Positions 1 to 11,159 are shown, counted from the stretch's first letter. The stretch is 64,000 nt of DNA from an uncultured Holophagales bacterium (GCA_963842525.1 CAWJGT010000034.1:192001-256000); one strand, 5' to 3'. The notes: generated from the letters alone by a model not told the origin. A program made the numbers and translations.

Positions 1-1312
1 CCGTAGCCTTCTCGGTCACCTTGTCCGGCTCCAGACGCTCGATCTTTGGCCCTGCGTTCTTCGCCTTGCCGGCTTCGTCCTTGCGCGGGTCGTTGCGCGG
101 CGTGAAGAGCGTCTCGAAAATGTCCTTGAGCTTGAGGGTGGCCGGCTCGTGGAAGAGCCCGATCAGTCCCGCGAAGGCGGCGACTCGGAGACAGTCAGCG
201 CCGGCCAGGGAGAAACTGCCCACGCCGAAACCAGCCCGGAAAACCAGGAACACGACTATGGCGACGAGCGCCGCGAGAAACGGCTTGAAGATGTACCACC
301 ATAACCAACTCGGGAGGAACTCTCGGTTTCCGACAAAGGTGGTGAACGACGAGATACCATGAATCATGCCCCCCAGAGCACCCATGAGGGCGAGCAGCAG
401 GAGTAGCGACGCGACGTTGGTTCGGCCGTCCTGGGTGCAGGAATCCGCAGCGTGGGAATCCGGCAGCACGGTGACCCAGGCCCCGGCGACCGCAGTGCCT
501 TCGAGGGTTCTGGCCAGGATCTTGACGGCCACGGGGCGCTCGATCCCGGCGGCCTCCACGCTGAACCGGGCCGTCTTCCCGGTCGGGTCGAGAGGCGTGA
601 GCGAGCCGAGCTCGGGGTCCAGCCACTCCACCTCCGGTCTGGCCTCTGCGCCCGCTGCGTCTGGCGTACGTAATCGGCTGAGCCTCGCCGTCAGATCCAC
701 GCTCCCGCCCGCAGGCACGCTCACGTTGACCGGCTGGATCGACAAGCCCAGATCGGGCGACAGGAAGACCTCAGCACGCCCGACCTTCGCAAGCTCTCCC
801 TCGGATCGGGTCTTGATCACGACTTTGCCGGGCGCTTGCAGAGGGCGAGGAGCCGTGTAGATTCCAAGCTTCGGCGACACCGTCGTGTTGGCGCTGAAGG
901 CCTGGGCCTCCCCTGGCGTGAGAGTCACCACGGGAGGGCTCAACCGCACCTCGTCCGGCTCGCAGCGCGGGCAGAGCTTGTGCCAGCAGGAGGTGACGAA
1001 GATCAAGAGGATCAGAAATACAGCCAGAAGGTAGCCACCCAGGAACTGGACCCAGAAGGAGTGCGGAGTCAGCTCGATGGCCGCGACCGCCGACTCACCG
1101 TCGGCCTTGGCGATCACGGTTACCTTCCGGCTGCGGAAGATCCGGGACGGAGCCGCGTAGACCCCCTCCTGGCTGAGTGCACCAGCCGAGCTCGGAATGT
1201 GAGACCACGTCACCCCTGCCTGGAGGCGTTTCCCGTCCTTGAAAGCTTCGAAGCTCTGGGTCTGGCCGGCGGAGATCGAGACACTCTTGGGACTGATCTG
1301 GAGCTCGGACAT
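1..1312 (-). CDS. Membrane protein with Ig-like repeats and C-terminal multi-TM domain (runs off window edge)
   Basis: Manual translation from ATG at 1312 (GGAGG RBS upstream): MSELQISPKSVSISAGQTQSFEA...VTWS...GVYAAP (Ig-like), a TM segment, further Ig-like repeats, then LMGALGGMIHGISSFTTFVGNREFLPSWLWWYIFKPFL. Open to position 1 and absent from the ORF track. Confidence 0.8.
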   Translation of the reverse strand, partial: MSELQISPKSVSISAGQTQSFEAFKDGKRLQAGVTWSHIPSSAGALSQEGVYAAPSRIFRSRKVTVIAKADGESAVAAIELTPHSFWVQFLGGYLLAVFLILLIFVTSCWHKLCPRCEPDEVRLSPPVVTLTPGEAQAFSANTTVSPKLGIYTAPRPLQAPGKVVIKTRSEGELAKVGRAEVFLSPDLGLSIQPVNVSVPAGGSVDLTARLSRLRTPDAAGAEARPEVEWLDPELGSLTPLDPTGKTARFSVEAAGIERPVAVKILARTLEGTAVAGAWVTVLPDSHAADSCTQDGRTNVASLLLLLALMGALGGMIHGISSFTTFVGNREFLPSWLWWYIFKPFLAALVAIVVFLVFRAGFGVGSFSLAGADCLRVAAFAGLIGLFHEPATLKLKDIFETLFTPRNDPRKDEAGKAKNAGPKIERLEPDKVTEKAT

Positions 1313-1385
1313 GTAAGGCCTCCTGCGGGCATAGACGGACCGGAACTCCAGATTCCCCTTCACTCCGAGTTACACTTCCCCTCGT

Positions 1386-3149
<1,764 letters not shown>

Positions 3150-3256
3150 CGCTGAGAACAATATCTATACATCCAATTGTCGATCCGTCGCGTAACCCCT
3201 TGTGAACCCGAACGCCGGACGGCGTCCGGGCAACTCACAGAAAGGGGTTAACTCCA

Positions 3257-3814
3257 ATGAATGGAAAGAAAATGCTTGGCGCCCTGCTGGCTCTGGCGGT
3301 GATGGTGGTACCGATGCAGCTCCTGGCGAAAGACAACCCGATGGTCGGCGGTGCAGCCATGTACACCACCAAGGACATCATCGACAATGCCGTCAACTCG
3401 GCCGACCATACAACCCTCGTCGCCGCGGTCAAGGCGGCCGGCCTGGTGGATACCCTCAAGGGCAAGGGGCCGTTCACCGTCTTCGCACCGACCAATGCCG
3501 CCTTCGGCAAGCTGCCGGCCGGCACCGTCGACACTCTGCTCAAGCCCGAGAACAAGCAGACCCTCACCAAGATCCTGACGTATCACGTGGTCCCCGGCAA
3601 CGTCGACTCCGCCGCGCTCGCCAAGATGATCAAGGCCGGCAACGGCAAGGCCACCCTCAAGACTGTCGAGGGCGAAACCCTGACCGCCATGATGACTGGC
3701 AAGAACGTCGCTCTCAAGGATGCGAAGGGCGGCACCTCCACCGTGACGACCGCCGATGTGTATCAGTCGAACGGCGTGATCCATGTCATCGACAGCGTCG
3801 TGATGCCGAAGTAG
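3257..3814 (+). CDS. Secreted fasciclin (FAS1) domain protein
   Basis: Signal peptide; TLVAAVKAAGL, FTVFAPTNAAF, ILTYHVV, NGVIHVID motifs. Confidence 0.93.
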   Translation: MNGKKMLGALLALAVMVVPMQLLAKDNPMVGGAAMYTTKDIIDNAVNSADHTTLVAAVKAAGLVDTLKGKGPFTVFAPTNAAFGKLPAGTVDTLLKPENKQTLTKILTYHVVPGNVDSAALAKMIKAGNGKATLKTVEGETLTAMMTGKNVALKDAKGGTSTVTTADVYQSNGVIHVIDSVVMPK

Positions 3815-4090
3815 TCGGCTTCCCGCCAACACTCTCCCAGCTACACCAGGCAGACGGCAGCAGGGTGCGAGTAGGTCACCCTTGGCTGTTGCTTTGAGCG
3901 ACGGCACTGTGGGCTCGCGTCAAGGGCCTCCCCCGGCGACTGCGTGGGCCTCTTGACGCGGGCCCACGCCTTCAGCCACTGGATCCACAGAGTGGTCTCC
4001 GAGGGCGTATGGCTGGTTCGCGGCGAGCCAATGACCATTCTGCCTGGCGGAGTGTTACGTCTCCAAGCGGCTATTGATTGATAGATGCCG

Positions 4091-4963
4091 TCAGTGCGGC
4101 TCAGGCTGCCGTTCTCTCTCTGGGACCTGGATCGCGTGGATCAACCTGGCGATGCTACTCTCGAAGCTTTCCTTCCTGAGATCCAGGGTCAGGTGCTCCT
4201 TCAGCCGCAAAAGGATCTCGCCGAGGTTGTTGCGCAGCTTGAAGAGACGCGATTTCTCGCTATTCAACTCGACCGGATCGAGCTTCTCTTCGGCGTACCG
4301 CGGCAGCAGCTCATCGATTTCACCGATTCTTGCATCGATCTCCTGCGTCGCGGTCAACCTGAAGCCTGGCTGGAAGAACCCATCATCAAGGTAGCAGGCG
4401 ATGAATTGCCTTCCTCGATCGAATCTCCCATGCTCGAATGCCTGAATCGTCTCCATGGCCACCCAGGCTGAAAGCAGGCTCGTCCTCGAAACCAGCGAGA
4501 CGGTGACATCGGCCTTGGCAATGGAATCCTTGATGAAGCTCTCGATCCCTTCGCCGGCTCTCATCGCCTTGTCGTCGATGAGCACGACGACTCCGGCCGA
4601 TCGGAGGGCCTGCGCCAGCCTCTCGGCAGCCTCACGATCGTGGTGGCTGTACGAAATGAATGCCTGCTTGGCGCCAGTAGTTTCCTGAGTAGGTGGGGCG
4701 TTGGCATCCGGCGCTTCCAGGATTTCAGGGAGCAGGTCCAGAAGCGCATAAGCTACCTTCGTGCGGATCAGGCTCTCCTCGGTGCCGGCGAGGAGCCCCC
4801 GTCGCACCTGCTTCCGGCTGCGCTCGAGGGTCCTACCATGCTCGGTGAGCTCCGCAATGAGCTCGGGATCCCGCTTCCCCAGAAAGGCGAGCAGACGGTC
4901 CACCGTGCCCTCCAGCTTGTCGGCACGAATCAACGCTGTAACTTCGTCTCGCAGGTCGGCCAT
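4091..4963 (-). CDS. EAD11-like effector-associated domain fused to TIR domain
   Basis: N-terminal helical domain ending RRGLL...EESLIRTKVAYALLDLL, then AFISYSHHD...SLLSAWVAMET (TIR with conserved Glu). The start codon abuts the upstream stop. Confidence 0.8.
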   Translation of the reverse strand: MADLRDEVTALIRADKLEGTVDRLLAFLGKRDPELIAELTEHGRTLERSRKQVRRGLLAGTEESLIRTKVAYALLDLLPEILEAPDANAPPTQETTGAKQAFISYSHHDREAAERLAQALRSAGVVVLIDDKAMRAGEGIESFIKDSIAKADVTVSLVSRTSLLSAWVAMETIQAFEHGRFDRGRQFIACYLDDGFFQPGFRLTATQEIDARIGEIDELLPRYAEEKLDPVELNSEKSRLFKLRNNLGEILLRLKEHLTLDLRKESFESSIARLIHAIQVPERERQPEPH

Positions 4964-6487
4964 TCAGACCTCGGCTGAAGGTTGTTTCTGGGCGGCTCGC
5001 AACCGCCTCCACTTCGCCATGAGACTCTCTTCCGTGACGTACTCGTGAATCAGATAGAGGGGTGCGAGCAGTGAGAGCACCGTATAGACCATAATTGGAA
5101 TAAATAATAACGAGAACCATCCACTCGTTCCCCATAAAAGAATACCGCTGATCAACCCCGAGACAGTTAGCGTGCCGCAGCCGGTTCCTAAACGTAACGC
5201 CTTTCTTTTCTTGAACCTTATCTTCTCCTGCCTTTTTCCCTCCTCATGTTCCAGCAACTCCGCTTCCAGGCGCCTTTGCTTGGCCCGCAGTATAGGGATC
5301 ACCAGGCTGTCATGGCTCACTTCGTAAGCGTAGCCGCCGCCGGCGTGAGGCTCGGCACGAATCAGATGGGTGTCCACGAGACTGCGGAGGAGGTCGGCTC
5401 CAATCTGATAATTCCTCTGAATTTGGCCCTCATACAGGCTCAGACGACGCTTGTCGTCTTCGAACACCAATCCATCCTCGATCAGTATCCTTGCCGCTTT
5501 CTGCGCATTGGCGGGCAGCTTCTGGATACTGCGTTCGTAATAGCTCTTATAGATCTCCTCCAGGTCCCCGATGTCAGAGGATTCTATATAGGAATCATTT
5601 TGCCTAAGGACGATCTCCTCCTCTACGTGCTGGCAGAGGATCTGAAGCTGAAAGGATTCGATATCCGTGGCCCCGTCCTTGGAGAGGAAGCTCAGTATTC
5701 TGCCGAGGGATTCCTGCTCGTAGGAGAAAGGCGGCGACAGGAAATCACCCTGCTGTGCCGCCGGAAAAATGATCGCCTTCTCGGCCTCGTTGCGAGACAA
5801 GTTGTTGAGCTCAAAACAGTTGCGTAAAATATTCGGCAGCCAGGCAGACAGAGATTCGATATGGCTCATCTTGTCCGAGCGGATGGAAAGGAGAGCCATC
5901 ACAGGGGGCCCGGCCTTGAGAAGCGCCCATTCCTCTTCGGTGAGAAGGGTCGGATCGTAGCGCGTGCGGAGCTGAAGCGACCGGCGGAAACTTTCGGGCA
6001 TGCGGTCGTAGAGCAGATCGGCGAGTGCTTCAGCAAAGTCGCCGACTCCCTGGGGAAATGAGAAAAGCTCCTCGAATTGATCGAACACCAGGAGAATCGC
6101 GCGCTTGTCGGGGTTATCGAGCTGAATTCCCTTGAAGCACTGCCAGATGGAGGGAACCTCCTCGACTCGGGAGAGAAAGTTGTCGCCAGAAGAGATCTGC
6201 AGGAGTCTCTGCTCAAAAATTACTTCGGGCCGCGGCGTGACTCGGGGTATGTAGCTGGTGAAGCGAATCGGAATGGTCAGATAGTTGTGCTCTCTCCCGA
6301 GCAGGGGCACCACGCCGGCGTTGATGAGGGACGACTTGCCGAGGCCGGACCGCCCGTAGAGCACTGTCAGCGGCTCGACCCGAATCTGGGTGGCGAGCTT
6401 CCGGATATCCTCATCGCGGCCGAAGAAGACAGAGCTGTCGTCCGATGTAAAGGGTCGCGAGCCTGGGTAGCGGGGACGTTTCTCCAT
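4964..6487 (-). CDS. nSTAND1-type NTPase with C-terminal transmembrane helices
   Basis: RYPGSRPF...FFGRD, Walker A GRSGLGKSS, LVFDQFEELF, LSIRSD, FQLQILC, YEVSHDSL; hydrophobic C-terminus. Start taken at MEKRP (6487). Confidence 0.88.
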   Translation of the reverse strand: MEKRPRYPGSRPFTSDDSSVFFGRDEDIRKLATQIRVEPLTVLYGRSGLGKSSLINAGVVPLLGREHNYLTIPIRFTSYIPRVTPRPEVIFEQRLLQISSGDNFLSRVEEVPSIWQCFKGIQLDNPDKRAILLVFDQFEELFSFPQGVGDFAEALADLLYDRMPESFRRSLQLRTRYDPTLLTEEEWALLKAGPPVMALLSIRSDKMSHIESLSAWLPNILRNCFELNNLSRNEAEKAIIFPAAQQGDFLSPPFSYEQESLGRILSFLSKDGATDIESFQLQILCQHVEEEIVLRQNDSYIESSDIGDLEEIYKSYYERSIQKLPANAQKAARILIEDGLVFEDDKRRLSLYEGQIQRNYQIGADLLRSLVDTHLIRAEPHAGGGYAYEVSHDSLVIPILRAKQRRLEAELLEHEEGKRQEKIRFKKRKALRLGTGCGTLTVSGLISGILLWGTSGWFSLLFIPIMVYTVLSLLAPLYLIHEYVTEESLMAKWRRLRAAQKQPSAEV

Positions 6488-6497
6488 GACAGTTGAC

Positions 6498-7592
6498 TCA
6501 CTCGCCGGGCGGCGGCAGTGCCTCATCGATGATGGATGTCAGTTTCTCAGTCGTCCGGGCGCACTCGACGTCTATGTCCTCCTGCTTGATCTGCCCTCTT
6601 CTCCTGTCTTGCAAGAACCGGTTGTAGTGTCCGGACAGAGTGATGACCTCATTGAAGAGACTCCGATCCCCCATCTCTTCGAGGTGGTCCGCCAACGGCT
6701 CGAATAGGCCCTCTATTTTCCCCTGCTTGAGAAGATCGAGAAGGCGCTCGCGTAAGGAGAGGAGGGGCGCCTCCCTGATCTCGCGAAGCTGACCGGCACT
6801 CTCGCAGTGCCTGTAGAGGCTGTCGACGTACTGGACTACACCGGAATCGATGAACTCCAATCCGTAGTTTCGTCCGTAGAAGTCGCGGAGCTGGGCAGGT
6901 GTAAGGTTCTCGGGCTCGGCGGCCTGGGAAGGTTTCTCGCGGCTGAGGCGGAACAAGTTGAGGAGAAGATGGAGATACCACTTCTGGAAGTCGAAGCCCA
7001 AGAAGATGAAGTAGCTCGCCTCTGATATGACCGTCCGCAGCTCATCGGGGAGCTTGAAGTCGCGGATGACGGAAAAGACGAACTGGATGAGATCGGTGTG
7101 AGTCAGGATGAGTGAGGCGTCATCCTCGATGCTGCCAAAAAGGTTGTAAAGCAGGGGGCATTCCTTGGATGGCCGGCCAACGGGTTCCGGAGTGCTCTGC
7201 TTGGCGTAGTATGCAAATTCGTGATCGATCCCGAGCTCGGAGAATGCCGCGGGCAGGACCAGGTCGGGAGTAAGGGAGATGATCAGGTGGGCGGGAATCC
7301 GAGCGAGTTGCCGGTGGAAGTCATTGGGACCGGAGCTCGCGCTGTAGTATTTCTTGATCGGGGTGTAGAGCCGGCGCCTGGTGGCCTCGTCGCAGCGGTA
7401 GAGACCGTCGACATCCTCCGAGACTTGCAGGCGCTGATCGATTAGATGGGCCAGCAAGGCGGTCTGAATCGGCTCGCCCGCTCTGTTGGTGCCGACGTTG
7501 GGACCAAGCAGAATGACGCATCGCTCTTCGGCAAGGTTCTCGGCGATCTCGTCAATTGGTATAGCCATTTCCGCATGTTCCAACTGGTCCAA
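6498..7592 (-). CDS. SIR2-like domain protein with C-terminal EAD11-like domain
   Basis: CVILLGP, IISLTPD, LYNLFGSI, LILTHTD, FIFLGFDF (SIR2_2-like; the usual KxHG His is replaced by Phe). C-terminal LLDLLKQGKIEGLF...LSGHYNRF...GQI. Alternative ATG at 7568. Confidence 0.8.
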   Translation of the reverse strand: MDQLEHAEMAIPIDEIAENLAEERCVILLGPNVGTNRAGEPIQTALLAHLIDQRLQVSEDVDGLYRCDEATRRRLYTPIKKYYSASSGPNDFHRQLARIPAHLIISLTPDLVLPAAFSELGIDHEFAYYAKQSTPEPVGRPSKECPLLYNLFGSIEDDASLILTHTDLIQFVFSVIRDFKLPDELRTVISEASYFIFLGFDFQKWYLHLLLNLFRLSREKPSQAAEPENLTPAQLRDFYGRNYGLEFIDSGVVQYVDSLYRHCESAGQLREIREAPLLSLRERLLDLLKQGKIEGLFEPLADHLEEMGDRSLFNEVITLSGHYNRFLQDRRRGQIKQEDIDVECARTTEKLTSIIDEALPPPGE

Positions 7593-7797
7593 GAGGCTAA
7601 CAACGCTCCGGAGGCTGCTCCCCTTGGCCGAGAAGATCGAGTCTACTCACGCCGTGCGACGAGCAGCACCGGAATTACCAGTTGACTTTATCAGCTCTGT
7701 CCTGTTGTTGCAAGGCGGCCCCGCTTCGTGCGCAGCCTTTTACACCTGCCGAGCTTCGGCTGGCGGTACGGCGCGTTATCAATTCGGCTCGCGCAGT

Positions 7798-7910
7798 GAA
7801 GGCTGCTTCGAATACGTAAGGAACAGCATGCGGGCGCTGCGCCAGTCGGCGCTGGCAAGATGGCGGAGGGAGTAACGCCGTTTGAAGAGGTGGTGCTGGT
7901 GACGAGCCTT
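7798..7910 (+). pseudogene. Decayed duplicate of the gspE 3' end
   Basis: gaaggctgcttcga matches ~2919-2932. After an internal deletion, gcatgcgggcgctgcgccagtcggcgctg...gaagaggtggtgctggtgacg matches ~3051-3140. Confidence 0.85.
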
Positions 7911-7984
7911 TTACGAAGGAGCGTTTGGGTGTTCGGAGTCGTCGCCAGCGAACGAGATCGACCGGCCAGGTATCCGTTCCGTCG

Positions 7985-8088
7985 TGTCATCCTGAGCGTA
8001 GCGAAGGATCTGGAGGCAGGGCCTGCGAATCCGTTGCGGTCGTGCTTCCGGGACCCGCCACCGCCCAGATCCTTCGCTCAGGATGTCA
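7985..8088. repeat. REP-like palindromic element
   Basis: tgtcatcctgagcgtagcgaaggatctgg ... ccagatccttcgctcaggatgtca inverted arms; a related copy lies at 32430-32508. Confidence 0.8.
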
Positions 8089-8204
8089 GCTCGCTAGGTC
8101 CATCCTTGTCTTCCCCGGCGCAATCGCGATGGCGACCGCGCCTCCGCATCATTCGTCTCGTCCTCAGCAACATCGGCTCCGGAGTCCCGTCTATTTGTCT
8201 GTCC

Positions 8205-8510
8205 AAACCGATTTTTCTGCCAGGCTGAGTAGTTTTTCAGGCTACAACACCAAACATTCAGCTCTTCGGAGGAAAGATTCCGAGATGCCTCCGTGTGCGC
8301 GGTTGTGGCCTCGGAATCTTTCGTCTTGAGGCCCCAATCATTGGGAGCTCGACGCGAAAGGGGCGTCAGCCGGTCTCAATGAGGCGGAGCCCAGGTCTAA
8401 TGGCACGCCAGGGGCTCCTGAATGCGCAGGAATGTGCTTGAATGGCGCGGACGCAGGTCCCTATGCGCGGAAGGCATTCGCTTGAACCTTCGGCAGGAAG
8501 GAGAATGCTC
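8205..8510. repeat. Highly degenerate 21-bp periodic tract
   Basis: AA(T/A) motifs at 8252, 8273, 8315, 8336, 8357, 8378, 8399, 8441 and 8504, all in one 21-bp phase. Internal inverted repeat at 8272-8284/8310-8322. Confidence 0.5.
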
Positions 8511-8558
8511 CGGAGACCCGGACCGGCATCGCGCAGCCGGCTTCTGATGTGAAGGAGC

Positions 8559-8999
8559 TCAGGGCGAATCGTCGCCGCCAGCCTTCCGATAGATCGTGGC
8601 CCTCTGGCCGGCGCCGAGAGACTCGTGCTTCAAAATGTTCTCGCGGATGAGCTCCTCGAGGCATCGGTACAAGGTGCCTCGGTCCGGCTCGTAGCCGAGT
8701 GCCTCGCAAACCTCGGTCCGGGTGAACGTCTCCGGCAGTCGCGACAGCGCTGCGCGGACATCGGCATTCACCTCGGGTGCGCTCCGCCGGCGGGGTTGCT
8801 TGGGCGGAGGGAGTGGCGCGGCGAGTTGGGGAACGGAAGCCGGCACGGCCCCGGTGCTGCCATCCTCCTCCTCCTGGAGCATCCAGACCAGATCGAGGGC
8901 CCGCACCTGGGCCCGGAAGGCCGTCTCCAGAAGCTCGATGCCGGACCGAAGCTGCTCTTCCAGCCGTCGTTTGCGCTGCTCGTACTCATTCCTGGTCAT
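8559..8999 (-). CDS. Hypothetical protein: N-terminal coiled coil, Pro-rich linker, C-terminal winged-HTH-like domain
   Basis: MTRNEYEQRKRRLEEQL...; FTRTEVCEALGYEPDRGTLYRCLEELIRE resembles a winged HTH. Confidence 0.7.
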   Translation of the reverse strand: MTRNEYEQRKRRLEEQLRSGIELLETAFRAQVRALDLVWMLQEEEDGSTGAVPASVPQLAAPLPPPKQPRRRSAPEVNADVRAALSRLPETFTRTEVCEALGYEPDRGTLYRCLEELIRENILKHESLGAGQRATIYRKAGGDDSP

Positions 9000-9066
9000 T
9001 GTGCACGATTAGACCGGAATGCACGGAGCATTGCAAGAGGGACCGCCATCAGCCGGGAGAGAGCCC

Positions 9067-9489
9067 TTACGAAGGAGCTTTTCCCGCAGGCCAACGCTCC
9101 ACGGCCAAGATCCCGCTGGCAAGAATGATCTCCAGATCTCGGTCACGGACCAGAATGGAGCACCCATGCTCCTCAGCGAGCACTGCGATCAGACAGTCGA
9201 TCGTCGACCGGATCGTCTTTCCCTGCTGACGTAACGCTCGATAGAGATCAGCAGCCCGGAAATACAGCTCGATGCTCGCAGGCTCCAGGAATGTGAGATC
9301 CCGGAACAACTCAGCGAGCCGTTTTCGCCCCTTGTCTCTGCGCAATCCTTGGAAGACTTCCGCGACCACGACGCCACAGGTGCAGATCTCGTGATCGCTT
9401 GGGAACAGCTCAGCCAAAGCCCGCCGCTCAAGAGACGGATAGTCGTTGAAAAAGTCGACCCAGACAGAGGTATCGACGAGAACCTTCAA
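9067..9489 (-). CDS. vapC: VapC/PIN-domain toxin
   Basis: VLVDTSVWVD, VVAEVFQG, TIDCLIA, DRD PIN motifs; overlaps the antitoxin stop. Confidence 0.92.
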   Translation of the reverse strand: MKVLVDTSVWVDFFNDYPSLERRALAELFPSDHEICTCGVVVAEVFQGLRRDKGRKRLAELFRDLTFLEPASIELYFRAADLYRALRQQGKTIRSTIDCLIAVLAEEHGCSILVRDRDLEIILASGILAVERWPAGKAPS

Positions 9490-9689
9490 GCTTCCCGTCT
9501 CCGCCCTCGTAAGTCGTCCAGATCTCCCTCCCAGTGGACTTTCCCCTCAAATTCCAAGAATTTCTGCAAACGCCGACGCCGGGCGTATTCCCGGAGCGCT
9601 TCGTTGATGATGTCCGTCTTTGTCTTCCCAGGCGCGACCTTCATGGCGCTCGCGAGTGCTTCGGTATCGAGGTTGAGCGTGGTCCTCAT
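9486..9689 (-). CDS. vapB: VapB antitoxin
   Basis: MRTTLNLD...KTKTDIINEALRE...WEGDLDDLR, directly upstream of the PIN gene. Confidence 0.9.
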   Translation of the reverse strand: MRTTLNLDTEALASAMKVAPGKTKTDIINEALREYARRRRLQKFLEFEGKVHWEGDLDDLRGRRREA

Positions 9690-9756
9690 CGTTACCTCCG
9701 ATGCAGATCATAGGCTTCTATCATCTGCATCGCAAGACGTTGAGGGGCCTCCCGGC

Positions 9757-10644
9757 TCAAAAGGCATACCGGAGCTGGGCGAGGATGTTCCAGCGGCTCG
9801 CCAGCTCTCCGCGGCTCACCTCTTCCCAGACCGGAACCTGGATGGACAGGTCGAGGAAGAGGCGCTCCGTCGCGACGTACTGGACGCCGGGCGCGAGGAG
9901 GAACGCCGAGCGATCCGTCCCCTGGAGGGGCGCCCCGCGGAGGCGGTCTTTCCCTGCGTCCACGAACGTACCCTCGACAACGGCGAACACTTCGTGCCCG
10001 GGCTGGGTGTAGGCCCGTGGGAAGAGCACATACTGTGCGCTCAGGTTGAGCTGGGCTTCGTTTCCCCGGCGGTAGTCCCCGTCCCCTTCCGTGTTGTAGC
10101 GGTAGCCGGCATCCGCCGCGAAGACGAAGCGGCGGCGAGCCTGCTGGTAGACGAGATCGACCAGCCCGTCGGTCGAACCTGTCCCCGGTTGGAGCCGGGT
10201 CCGCAGGGCGACCGGCAAGCCAGGATCGACCGGCCGGTCGGTGGCTCCGCTGGGGAGCTTGAGCCCCACCTCGATCGCCGCGTGCCGGTCCGCCCACGGC
10301 CCCACCCAACGGTAGAAGCGGTGTTTGACCGAAACGACGACATCTCCCAACCCCGAGGCGGTTTCTGTCGGGGCTCCTGGCCGCTTGACGCGGCTCTCCA
10401 CCAGGTAGGGCACCCGCACGCCGAGCACCCAGTGGGTCGCCGGGGTGTAGCGCAGCTCCACGAACGAGGACAGCGTGAGGAGCTCGGTGTCGCCGCTCTC
10501 CTTCCGGTCCGCGATGACACCCGCCAGGAGGCCGCTCCGCTGGAAAACGCCCGTGCCCGGGGTGTTGGCCCGGATCGGGTTCGCCCCGGCGGCCCGCACA
10601 ACGAGCAAGGACAGGAGGAGGACGCCCCAGATGGCCGTCTTCAT
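9757..10644 (-). CDS. Outer-membrane beta-barrel 'transporter' (MetA-pathway/phenol-degradation-like)
   Basis: Signal peptide, SGLGDV, GLKLPSG, LQPGTGSTD, C-terminal LRYAF; ATGA-coupled to the upstream HMA-like gene. Confidence 0.8.
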   Translation of the reverse strand: MKTAIWGVLLLSLLVVRAAGANPIRANTPGTGVFQRSGLLAGVIADRKESGDTELLTLSSFVELRYTPATHWVLGVRVPYLVESRVKRPGAPTETASGLGDVVVSVKHRFYRWVGPWADRHAAIEVGLKLPSGATDRPVDPGLPVALRTRLQPGTGSTDGLVDLVYQQARRRFVFAADAGYRYNTEGDGDYRRGNEAQLNLSAQYVLFPRAYTQPGHEVFAVVEGTFVDAGKDRLRGAPLQGTDRSAFLLAPGVQYVATERLFLDLSIQVPVWEEVSRGELASRWNILAQLRYAF

Positions 10645-11159
10645 GGGCGTTTCTCCTCGGCCCGCGGCTCTTCGAGCAGGATGACCTCCTGCCGGTCCGC
10701 CGCTTTCCAGGACCCCGCCGCGGTCACCGGGCCGGCGGCATCGGCCTTCTCCCGCAGCATGCGAAGCCGTTGCTCTCCTTCGAGGCGAAAGACCTGTCCG
10801 GACTCCGGGACAAGCAGCCGCCCGTCCGGAGTCAGCGTGCCGGAGACTTCGATCCAGGTCCCTTCGATCTCATAGCCAGCCTTGGTGATCGCCGTTCGCA
10901 GGTCTTCAAGGAATACCGGCTTGCCCGGGCGCGGCCGGAAGGCGAAACGCCCGTTGGTGATGTCCTTGACCTCCATTTCCTTGGGGTCCGGGGCATATTC
11001 GAGACGGCGCACGGCCGCCTTGATCCCGTAGACTCAAAGGCCGCACAGATAGCCCGCCACATCGATCTCGATACGCCGCACCTCGGCCATTCCCGGAGCC
11101 GATCCGACGACGAAGGCAACCCCCGCGAGCGTAAGGATCTGACGAAACGTGTTCTTCAT
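10641..11159 (-). CDS. Secreted HMA-like metal-binding protein, probable selenoprotein (CxxU)
   Basis: ATG at 11159 with GGAGG RBS. MKNTFRQILTLAGVAFVVGSAPGMAEVRRIEIDVAGYLCGL-TGA(11036-11034)-VYGIKAAVRRLEY... continues in frame into ORF 10641..11012, with a hairpin after the TGA. Confidence 0.78.

Noticed and set aside
3841-4038. 65-aa minus-strand ORF downstream of the TIR gene as a fourth system component
   Set aside because: No recognisable motif or clear RBS; cannot be supported.
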